From Amoebidium appalachense (taxonomy: Eukaryota; Protista; Ichthyosporea), in assembly GCA_963693365.1 (NCBI GenBank), contig CAVNZM010000005.1, positions 11,059,728 through 11,123,727 on the forward strand: a stretch of 64,000 nucleotides of DNA. The letters run 5' to 3'. This document shows positions 28,947 through 64,000 of this stretch, one piece after another. The position numbers and the translations under genes are program-made. Every line of letters begins with the position of its first letter. Position 1 is the first letter of the stretch. The notes beneath the pieces are model-generated. The model was given only the letters and a program-made list of their open reading frames with translations, was not told the origin of the DNA and did not search any database.

Positions 28947-29455
28947 ACCACACACACACATCACGAATATACGTGCCCCCAAGCACGTGCACGCACCATC
29001 TTGCTCTCGTCAAACATGCCCGCATAGCTCTGCTCCTCCATCTCCTTCTTCTTCCGCTGCATCTCTTCTTTGCTCTGTGCAATCTGCAACCACCACACAT
29101 AAAGGGTTAAACTTCACACAGACCCACACAACACTCAAATGCAACACAAACAATGTCCTTGTAGACACAAAACACCAAAAACAGCCCAGCCCAGCCTCCC
29201 TCCCCCCTCCCCCCTCCCCCCCCCTCCCCCAACTCCCACCACCCCCCCCCCCCCCCCCCCCCCTCCTTCCCCTCCCCCCCGCGCACCCATGTTGTGTTGT
29301 GCCTGCATGTCGTTGTGTATCGATGAATTTCCAACCTGTCTTGTCCAATTACCAGGGTTCTCTACCAAGCACAAGCATGCGCCAAGAGTTTCGTGCACTT
29401 TGAGGCTCACCATGCAAGTGCGGTGCATATGAAATAATGTTGTAGGTATGATTGT

Positions 29456-29542
<87 letters not shown>

Positions 29543-29594
29543 GCACGCACGCACGCACGCACGCACACACAACACACACACACACACGCGCGCA

Positions 29595-29626
<32 letters not shown>

Positions 29627-29782
29627 CACGAGCCACTCCCACATACACACATACCCGGCCTCCCCCTCCCCCTCCCCCAAACACACACACACCTTTTCCT
29701 TCTGCGCCTTCTTGTTCTTCACAATCTCCCTCCTGTCCCTCTTCTCACCCCAGCCCTTACCCCCCCTACATGCACACATCCC

Positions 29783-29813
<31 letters not shown>

Positions 29814-29848
29814 ACACCCCCCACGCCCATGCCTACCTCCTCCTCCCC

Positions 29849-29879
<31 letters not shown>

Positions 29880-30357
29880 CACCCAATGCATACCCACCTT
29901 TTCCTTCTGTGCCTTCTTATTGTTCTCAATCTCCCTCCTGTCCCTCTTCTGCCTCTCAGCAGCCAGGTCAGGGTAGTCCTCTTTCTTTGTCTTGTTGAGT
30001 CGGTTTACAAATTCATTCTTCTTGTCTACTGAGATCTTCTTCACCTGTAAATTACAAACATGAACGTAAGCACACACAGAAACATGCAAGCAAGCACGCA
30101 CAGAAACATGCAAGCAAGCACACATATACAAGTAGGCACACACAGAAGCATGCGAGTAGGCACACACAGAAACATGCAAGTAAACACAAACACAATCATG
30201 CAAGTAAGCACACACAACGGCCCCTCACATCACTTCGTATAAAGATAGAATCCTCCCTCGACCCTTCCAGAAACGAAGATGAACACCAACCGACCGCCTG
30301 ACAAGAGGTATGGGAAGTTACCAGTGGAAAAACTAGAAAAGTGGACCCTGAGCAACC

Positions 30358-30388
<31 letters not shown>

Positions 30389-30403
30389 AAAAAAAAAAAA
30401 AAT

Positions 30404-30452
<49 letters not shown>

Positions 30453-30665
30453 ATAAGAAGTACACCTGTACATCGGACAACACAAGGGGAAGGAAGGGGG
30501 ATGACCCCCCCCCCCCCCCCCCCCCCCCCTTTCCCGCCAAGACTTCAAACATGGGAACACACCTGCTTTTGATTGTGGAATGAGACCTGACCAATGTCCA
30601 TGTCTCCCGTCTTCTTGAGGTTAGCCCAGGGGGTGTACACCACATCCACACTGGACATCTTGCAG

Positions 30666-30746
<81 letters not shown>

Positions 30747-32043
30747 TTGTGAGTGTGAGTGAGTGTGTGTATGTGTATGCGCCAGAGTGAATGAGTGAGC
30801 AACGAGCAAGTCAGTGTGAGTGATTGATTGTGTGTCGTGCACGTGAATGTGAGGATCCCCATTAATCTGCTTAAGCAAAAAAGTTCATCATCCCCCCCCC
30901 CCCCCCCCAGCCACACCACACCACACACACAGGCACACGGGCACACACTACAAAAAAGAGAAAAGGGGAAGTTACTCCCTCCCTCCCTCTCCCCCTAGCC
31001 CCCTCCCCTCCCCCCCCCCCCCCCCCCCAAAAAAAAAAACCCCCATTATCATGGTGGTCATTCAACCCCTCCCCCCCCCCAAAAAAAAGCCCCACCAACT
31101 GGGGCATGACCCAATCACCATTGCTCATATGCATGTTTGTCCGCCCTCGGCGTATGCATGTTCAGGGTGCCGGTTTCAAGCATGTTGGTGCATGCCTACA
31201 TGTTCATGTGCACCTATGTGTGTGTGTATGCATGTATGTGTACATGTGTCTGCACTTGTAGTCACGTGTGTATGTGTGCATGTGCGTGCACATGTGTACA
31301 CATGTGCTCACGTGTGTGTGTGCACATGTGCTCACGTGTGTGTGTGCACATGTATGCACGTGTGTGTGTGCACATGTATGCACGTGTGTGTGTGCACATG
31401 TATGCACGTGTGTGTGTGCACATGTATGCACGTGTGTGTGTGCACATGTATGCACGTGTGTGTGTGCACATGTATGCACGTGTGTGTGTGCACATGTATG
31501 CACGTGTGTGTGTGTGCACATGCATGCACGTGCATACCCTGGATGCTGTTTGCCTTAACCAGCTGTGCACAGTCCTCAATCAGACCCGCAGGCAGGTTGT
31601 CCCACTGCATGCCTGGCTCCATGCGCAGGTACACGTGCGCAGATGACAGCTTGTCCACGTGGAACCTATTAATACCACCCAATCAGAATATGCAAGTAAC
31701 GAGCCTAGTGTTCAGGTGCAGATACACCCATGTAGGAGACAGCATGTACACACAGAAGCTACAGATAGCATCTGAACGTAGTCCCACCCACTTGTATTTC
31801 TTGTCCTCAGGCCTTACATCGAGCTCTGCCTTCCACCATGAGCATCAGCCAATACAGCCAATACAACATACTTCCATCCAACCAGTCCCCCCCTCCCCCC
31901 CCCCCCCACACACACACACACCACCCCCCCCCCACCCCTTCCCCTTAGCACCTGCCCCCCCTCCCCCCCCAAATCCTCAAAAAAACAAAAAAAAAACAAA
32001 AAAAAAACACCTACGTCAGGAAAAGCTATAGTAGGCATCGTAA

Positions 32044-32083
<40 letters not shown>

Positions 32084-32808
32084 GGCCACACAAGAAAAAA
32101 AAAGGCAGCACCTACGTGAAGAAGCTGCCCCAGTCATCGTTTACCAGATCCAACCCCTTCTTCAACCTAGCTCTCCCACACTCTGATAAAGCGTGTATGT
32201 GTGCGCGCACACACACGCACACACGCACACACAAACACACACAGAGTACCCACCAGATATCCTCGGGCCAGCCATACTTGATCAGGTCTTCGTCTGAACG
32301 TCCACTTTAGGTCAGTAAAGGCTCACATTCATCTATTAGTAGCCTTCCTCCAAACACAGCTCACACAAAAGATGCAGGGTGAAAGAGAGGAACAGAGTAT
32401 GGCGTCCAATAGAGGAACCCTCTCAGCAACCATCCACAAACCGAAATCGAGAATAATTAAGACAGACCCCCTCCTTCATCCCCCTTCCCTTCCCCCTCGC
32501 TTCCTCCCCCCCCTCCCCCCCCCTCCTCCCCCCACCACCCCACCCCGCCCTTCTCCCCTGGCCCGCCCAGACCTCACCTTTTCCCAAATATTGAAAAACG
32601 ACAAAGCGAACATGTATATGAAGCATTAACTTATTTTCACGGGAAAAACCATACTAACCATTCACATAAAACTGCAACCCCCTCCCCCCTCCCCCCCCCC
32701 CCCCATAAAAAATGAATCCCTTCGCCTGTCCCGGCTTAATCAAAACTCAAAACTAGAGTTTATTTTTTTAACCTTTTAGCACTTAAGCACATACACGACA
32801 TCACTCAG

Positions 32809-32842
<34 letters not shown>

Positions 32843-33613
32843 CCACCACCACCATATACAAAAACCAAGGAACACACACTCTACACAGATGGAGAAGAAG
32901 GTACCTATCAAACCTACAGGCACAGCAACAGTCTGCCAATCGTGAGCTCGCATAAATCTTACCCCCCCCCCCCCCCCCTCCCTCACCTACCCCCTCCTCT
33001 CTCCCCCCTCCCCCCGTTCCCTCCTCCCTCCCCGTTTGGCTGACTACAACCTAACATGCACTCCCCGTTTGGCTGACTACAACCTAACATGCACTCCCCG
33101 TTTGGCTGACTACAACCTAACATGCACTCCCCGTTTGGCTGACTACAACCTAACATGCACTCCCCGTTTGGCTGACTACAACCTAACAGGCACACTCCTG
33201 AACCATACGAGTTCGCCGGTGTCCCCCCCTCCATCCCATCCCCCCCCCCTCCCTCCCCCCCAGTTTTACATTGCACTCAGTCTCTAGCCTCCTCCCAGCA
33301 TTCTGTCAGAATTGGGTAACCCGGCCATCCCAAACAGAGTACACCCAGGCCATATCCTTGAACCCAAAGCTTGATTCAAAATGCCGCCAGACGATAGAAA
33401 ACATGGCTCGCACCACTCGGCAAGGTTTCTGAAGCATCACCAAAACCGTGCACATGAGCAGTAAAAAAATGACGAAGCGCAATCAATGAAGCCTAAGTGC
33501 TCTGGACGGGTAAAAGTGGAGTAGGAAACGGAAGCCTTACTTTCGTATTTATCCTTGCCCACGTAGATCATGGTGGGCGGATGGGTTGCGTTGCTTGTAT
33601 AGTAGAACACCAT
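27891..33613 (-). CDS. CCDC25: CCDC25/Jlp2 family NFACT RNA-binding-domain protein, 212 aa, 7 exons
   Basis: Exons 33613-33541, 32293-32254, 31665-31538, 30666-30563, 30044-29898, 29083-28997, 27950-27891. Reads [87 protein letters not shown]. Confidence 0.95.
29691..29745 (-). repeat. Intronic copy of the 3' end of CCDC25 exon 5 plus its donor
   Basis: [17 protein letters not shown]|gtgtgt versus the real [17 protein letters not shown]|gtgggt at 29898-29950. Confidence 0.9.
31298..31522. repeat. 24-bp minisatellite (~9 copies) at the 5' end of CCDC25 intron 3
   Basis: Unit cacatgtatgcacgtgtgtgtgtg. Confidence 0.85.
33030..33188. repeat. 33-bp minisatellite (~5 copies) in CCDC25 intron 1
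   Basis: Unit ccccgtttggctgactacaacctaacatgcact. Confidence 0.9.
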
Positions 33614-34459
33614 TCTCGATATCCCTTTGTGGCCAGGAACAACGAATAGAGGCACACAAAGTTACAATTTGTTATTTTTTAGAAGTGTGAGAGGATACAA
33701 AAAAACCAAAAAAATAAGGGAACGACTTTGATATATTGCAAAGACCTCTGCTAAAAATAAAAGCTTCTTGTGTGACGGACTGACGGTGCGCGCACGGTGC
33801 GTGCATGTGGGTGGTTTGTGTGAGGCAGAGGCTATGGAGATTAGTCTTGAGATAACTGAGAAAATGCAGAGGATTGAACAGCTACTTGAGATAACAACCT
33901 GAATGCACGTCGTGCACGATAAACATAGTACACGTGTTTCTCGATATACCAAAAAGATAAATATTAACTAATTTAGAAAGAAAAAAAAATACGAGATTTA
34001 TTCTTAGTCTGCATGTAGCTGTACCCTAAGAGTATCATACGATTTTCAATTTCGATGAAGTTGTAAGTTGTTACATAAGTTTCTCAGCCGCAACTTTTAG
34101 GTGAAAAATCACAGGAGCTACCAAAAAAGGCTATAGAAAGTAACAGCCAATCAAAGCCAAGGGCCTTTTGGGATGACGTAATTGTGCAGAAGCAATTCTG
34201 AAAAAAGCCTTGACCTTGCAGGCCCTAGGTACTGTACTGTAGGTTTTCGTTTTTTCGTTTAGACCCTTTTTCGATATCGATGCTGTCACCAAAGTCTCCC
34301 TTTCAGCGTAAGTCACATTCACATTCATAAAAACTTACCCGTGTTAACCCGTAGTCTTTCAAGGCTTCACTTTAAAGTATATTGCTGTATTCCCATAGCG
34401 TTAGAGAACTTCACACCCTCACCCCTGGGCATTTTCCCCGCCTACGTTTGTGTGCTACA
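33614..34459. promoter_or_regulatory. Probable bidirectional promoter between CCDC25 and the UBX-LRR gene
   Basis: 846 bp between head-to-head ATGs; AT-rich, free of microsatellites, with a CCAAT-like cagccaatca at ~34145. Confidence 0.6.
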
Positions 34460-54140
<19,681 letters not shown>

Positions 54141-54461
54141 TATCCATCCAAATTTGGAGCGTAATTCACTGGCCATATTTGGCACAACGGATAGCACCTC
54201 TGCGACAAATTACACCACGAACATCTAGACCTGCCTCTCTGCAGCCCACCTCTAATAATACACACACGGTAAATCACACGCACACATGTACATGCAAGAA
54301 CACACACATTCGATCATGACGCACACATGTTACACGTACGCATTTATGCAGGCTCCCAAAAACTCACTGACCTGTATGCATATCCGAGCATGCACACGTA
54401 CACCATTGTCTGTGCACGCCCATTTAATGGCTAGCATTTCTTGTACCCTTTTTTTTTTTTT

Positions 54462-54508
<47 letters not shown>

Positions 54509-54764
54509 CTGCTGTCTACCTATATCTTCCATTCTATCAGCCACACCCAGAGAAAACCCAAAATTTTGGATATCCGAAGGTTTTAACGAAAAATGTAACT
54601 TCAAGATTGTTTGCGCGCGAATGTATTTTTGTTACTGTGCCCAACTGTACATATGCACACGCGTCTCAGAACTGTGAGCAATAAAACTGTAAACAAACAG
54701 CTGGGAACTATAAATATGGAGTCGATACGTACACGTACACATGCTCATGCACACACCGTCCGCG

Positions 54765-54836
<72 letters not shown>

Positions 54837-55803
54837 ATCATTTACACTTGCTACCGTCTCATTTGAGTGTAACCCTTGCTGGCTTTTTTTTATTTCCCCG
54901 CCCCCCCCCCCCCCCCCCTTCTTTTCTCGAAGGGAGGGAGCGAAAAAGAGGGGGGGGGGGGGGGGGGGGGGATTTAAAGAAAGCGAAGGGGGAGGGATCT
55001 TAAAGAGAACAGGTTTGTTGTTTTTACCATATGTGGTAGGATTACGTAATCTTCGGGTGAGCCAAACTCTGGCCTGACGTCAGGATGGCCACAAAAACGA
55101 GAGTAAAAACTTTGAGTTTCCCTAAGGGCCTAGGGTCAGGGTTACGGTTTGCAATGAAACAAACAAAAGTAGGAATATTCTTTTCCTGAGAATACAACCT
55201 GCACGTATTGGTTTGTAAGGGGGAGCTCAGGAGCCAAATAAGCCACCGCGTTGCCGTGAAGTCTCGCCAAAACCAGAATGGTGTGTGGTCGCAATCTACT
55301 GTCCATGTGCTTGTGTGGGTTTTTTCAAGGAAATGTTTCGGGTCCTCCTGCTTCAGATGACTTGGCAAATCCGAAACCAAGCAAGCAGCGCTACCTAAGC
55401 TCGCGCCATCCCATGTTCTTCGTTTTCTTATTTGGGCATTTCTTAAGTTGTCATCCTGTGCTAATCGCAGATGCGAAGCTCCACTTGCGGGCCGAGTGCA
55501 AACGAAAAGGAAGTCTTTTGCGGCCTGATGTAGTTGCAGGTTCGAGGCAGCACCTACGTATACTTGGCCTCTGCAAGGAATTGCGCAGCGGTAGCAAGTA
55601 AGTCTGGGACAAGTGCTAGCTATTGTTAAGATTGATGCAGCAACAGTGCTCTCACTGTTATCATCGCCAAACCAACCAGGAAGGGAGCTGCATATTAGGA
55701 TAAGGTCTCGGGTGCCTTTAAAGCCTGCTTACGTGCACAACGTCCAAAGCACGTCTATTATTCATGCTCACATACTTTCGTTATCGAACAGATCCAAACA
55801 ATA

Positions 55804-60383
<4,580 letters not shown>

Positions 60384-60463
60384 TGGTAGAGTTATCTTCT
60401 TGACAATGTGTGTTTTTTTTTTTTTTTTTGTTTTTTTTTTGTTTTTGTTTTTTTTTAAGAGAA

Positions 60464-60500
<37 letters not shown>

Positions 60501-60542
60501 CTGGAGGGGGAGGAGGTAAGGTTTTTTTTTTTTGGTTTTTTT

Positions 60543-60573
<31 letters not shown>

Positions 60574-60576
60574 GGG

Positions 60577-60985
60577 CACCAGTTTTTGACATCATGCGTG
60601 ATGTCTAAGTCGGCATTTTGTGAGGTGACGTAAAGTTGATGTAACAAGAGTCCAGTTATTTTCGCATCACCGAAATTAAAAGAACCTAAAATTTTGCTGC
60701 AAATAAACGACCATTTCGGCCTCTGAGGTCACTCATGTCCTACTCTTGTATTTTTTTTCTTTATGTCGAGTTATAGGCTACTTTTTACGAGAACCTGTGG
60801 GTATTGCACTTTTTACGAGAACCTGTGGGTATTGCACATTGCGTATGTACATCCGCAGAGAAAAGGACCGGTGCATGAGAGTGATTTGCAGATCTGATCC
60901 TCTTTGTGAGCAAATATAATTTTGGGGGGGGGGGGGAAGGGGGGGGAGGAGCCTGGCGGAGGGATCGGGGGAAGGGGGAGGGGGG
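60577..60985. repeat. Left arm of a long inverted repeat (pairs with 63525-63896)
   Basis: Reverse-complement match, e.g. gaggtgacgtaaagttgatgt, cgaccatttcggcctctgaggtcactc, tttttacgagaacctgtgggtattgcac. This arm has a private 28-bp tandem duplication at 60781-60838. Confidence 0.85.
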
Positions 60986-60997
60986 GGGGAGTCTGTG

Positions 60998-61035
<38 letters not shown>

Positions 61036-61178
61036 TGTGTGTGTGTGTTGTGTTTGTGTGTGTGCGCGCGCGTGCGTTCATGTGTGTGTTCGTGTGCGTG
61101 TGCGTGTGTACGTACATGAAGGGGGCCTGGGGGTGGGGGTGGGGGGCAAGGGGGTGGGCGAGTTGGGGGTGGGGCGAG

Positions 61179-61221
<43 letters not shown>

Positions 61222-61746
61222 GGGAGAGGGAATGATTCATCCTTCCATCCAAATGTGTTGATGCCCAAATCCAGGTCATCGGGGCGCACATTGGAGTGCA
61301 CACCCAGTAAACAGCTGAAATTTCCCTGCTTGGCACCATGAAACCCCCATTTTCTAACCCACCGGAATTCAAGGACGAGGGAGGACGGGGGGGGGGGGGG
61401 GGGAGGGGGGGGGAGGGGGGGGGGGGTTACTAGCGGTGACAGTGAATGAAGCCTGGAGAGGGCTCAGTGATGACATTTGGTCTAGAGGAGGGTTCAAGTA
61501 GATAGTAAACGTTTTGATTTACGCACACAGTAGTCAGAAACCAGAATTTTGTGTCGCTCAAAACAAAATGGCTTTTTATTGAGTGTCTAGGGAGACATCA
61601 GAGTACGGTGCTTATTGCAAACGCTTCCGGTCAGAGGGTGCAGAAGAGAGGCTAGGATTGAGGGGGGGGAAAGGGGGGGGGGGGGGGGGGGGGGGGGGGG
61701 AGGGGGGGGGGAGGGGGGGGGGGGGGGGAGGGGGGGCTATGTGTGG

Positions 61747-61813
<67 letters not shown>

Positions 61814-62011
61814 TGTGTGTGTGTCGGTGATGTGTGCGTGTTGTGGCCGTGGAGGGGTGGCGGGGGAAGTTTCAGAAGGATGAATGGAAAGTCAACCTCC
61901 ACTTCATCTACCCGAGAGTCCCCCAAGACTTCATACACCCTCTCTTTGCACACAACTACTCCATTTTCAACATCGCCTTCCTCCCCCCCCCCTCCCCCCC
62001 CTCCCCCCCCC

Positions 62012-62050
<39 letters not shown>

Positions 62051-62672
62051 AAAGAGCATCCGGCGGGGTGAGAATGCGCACTCTCCAACGCCGTACACAT
62101 CCTATGTTGAGCTCAAACATGAATGCCGACCAGTGGCACCCATCTGCACAGCCATCCCGTTAGCCAGTGTGACCCTCACCCCCTCCCCCCCCCCCTTCCC
62201 CCGATCGCGAATCTCCCCTCTCTGCCTCCTTCTCATCCTCTCCCCCCCCCCCCCCCTTCCCCTCCACGCCCAACCTGCCCCCCCCCCCCCCCCCCTTCAC
62301 CCACCCACCCCCACCCCACTCCCCCACCCCTCCGTGCTGACCACCATCAAAACCACACACACAAGTAGACGTATGATAGTTTCGAGAACCCATATAAGGA
62401 AACAAAGTCTCATGGGCTAATAAATGCGACGCCCTAACTTGGGGCTAATTCATCCAAATTTTGTGGCTGGTACATGCATACCTAAATACACAAAAGACAC
62501 ACACCCACACACAACACACAATCCACGCATATTTTGCACGCGCGCACACACACGTGCACACGCAGTGACACAGAAACAAACACAAACTTTCACACACACA
62601 CCCACACACACACACACACGCACACACAAACACACACACACAGACACAGACACACACATACACACAGACACA

Positions 62673-62713
<41 letters not shown>

Positions 62714-63237
62714 CAGTGCACAATCACACACACACACACATACACACACACGCAGCAAGGTGTCAGTTTGTGGAATGTGTAGCCCCTGGGGTTCAGTCGG
62801 CAAAAACCTGTGTCCCCCCCCCCCTCCCACTCTCCCCCCCTGACCTTTCCCGCCTTCCCCTCCCCTCTCCCCCGCTCACCCCCTTTCACAGGGCTCCCGT
62901 TCCACTCAGTCGAAGCGTGCTTTTTGTGACACTAGATATGCAGCCTACCATCACACGACATTTAGACTTGATGGCATATTTGTGCTCTTCGGACCATTTT
63001 GCTTCACCCAAGTGAAGCTGGTCGTCCCCCCCCCCCCCCCCCCCCCCCCCTCCCCCCGGGTTGGGGGGGGGGGGGGGGGGGGGGAGGAGATAAAATTCGA
63101 CTGCACTGAGACGTGAGGGGCATCACGGTGAGATCCAGGTGTAACGTATTCCATCTTTATTTTCTTTTCCTTTCCGTTTTCTTTCTTTCTTTCTTTCTTC
63201 TTCTTCTTTTTTTTAGCTTAGGGGTGGGGTGTGAGTG

Positions 63238-63499
63238 CCCACTGCCCTTGCCTGCATAAGCAACCCTGCTCGTCTCGGATCAAGACGGGTGACCTACCCA
63301 TGTTCAAGTGAAACAGTATCTGAGTTGGGTTTCGTTCGAGGTGAATAGGTCGAAACTCGGGTATTGTGGATGACGTGGGGCCCCTCTGAGGATGGGCTCT
63401 GCTTATTATGCATACTCTTTATGTATGGCTTGCATTCTGCATCGTGTTATCGATATCCGTTTGTTCTTGTGTACTTCGAACTTTTTGACGCATTCAAAC
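63238..63499 (+). ncRNA. Structured dispersed repeat / candidate ncRNA, copy 3
   Basis: Near-identical to the reverse complement of 5478-5735; same stems; ends cgcattcaaac followed by a C run. Confidence 0.6.
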
Positions 63500-63524
63500 C
63501 CCCCCCCACCCCCCCCCCCCCCCC

Positions 63525-63896
63525 CCCCCCCCCCTTCCCCCCTTTTCCCGTAACCCTCTGCCAATCCCACCCCCCGCCCCCCCTTCACAAAAATGCATTT
63601 GCTCATAAAGAGTATCAAATTTGCAAATCAGTCTCATGCACAGGTCCCTTTCTCTGCCTATGTACATACATGTGCAATACCCACAGGTTCTCGTAAAAAG
63701 TAGCGCATACCTCGAAAAAAAATACAAGAGTAGGGCACGAGTGACCTCAGAGGCCGAAATGGTCGTTTACTTGCAGTAAAAATTTAAGTTCTTTTATTTT
63801 CGGTGATGCAGAAAATAACTGGACTCTTGTGACATCAACTTTACGTCACCTCACAAAGTGCCGAATTAGACACCATGCATGATGTCAAAATTGCTG
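63525..63896. repeat. Right arm of the long inverted repeat (pairs with 60577-60985)
   Basis: Collinear reverse complement of the left arm with scattered substitutions and indels. Confidence 0.85.
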
Positions 63897-64000
63897 AGCT
63901 CCTCCCCTCCCCTCCCCCCTCCCTCTCCATTTCCCCCCTCCTCCCCCCCCCAAAAAATAAGAAAAGAAAAAAAAAATCCCCACACAATCTTTCCCTCGTA

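Noticed and set aside
63238-63499. Solo LTR, SRP RNA or C/D snoRNA identity for the structured repeat
   Set aside because: No TSD or convincing terminal inverted repeat, no SRP helix-8 motif, and the C/D-like boxes are internal rather than terminal. Left unassigned.

Overview
Intron-dense eukaryotic DNA. The gene content and intron style suggest a unicellular holozoan or other opisthokont protist such as an ichthyosporean (inference, not proven). Most ORFs in the supplied track are artefacts of poly-G/poly-C and (CA)n/(TG)n tracts. Splicing by hand, with phases checked at every junction, gives 7 genes: an intronless mitochondrial-type PPR protein (-, runs off the left edge); a 14-exon USP6NL/RN-tre-like TBC Rab-GAP (-); a 2-exon KLF/WT1-like four-zinc-finger factor with Sin3-interaction-like and eh1-like motifs (-); DCTPP1 (+); CCDC25 (-); a 23-exon UBA-UBX-SHP-BC-box-LRR protein (+); and a D-2-hydroxyacid dehydrogenase (+). 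The most interesting non-coding signal is a ~260-285 nt dispersed element (3 copies; both intronic copies lie sense to their host gene). Its copies keep a multi-stem fold and a pseudoknot through compensatory base changes, and I cannot match it to a known RNA family. Other signals: (CA)n-AG acceptors with no polypyrimidine tract, duplicated exon ends with intact donors, two GC-AG introns, a perfect 78-bp palindrome, a 21 x 83-bp intronic satellite and a ~400-bp long inverted repeat pair.
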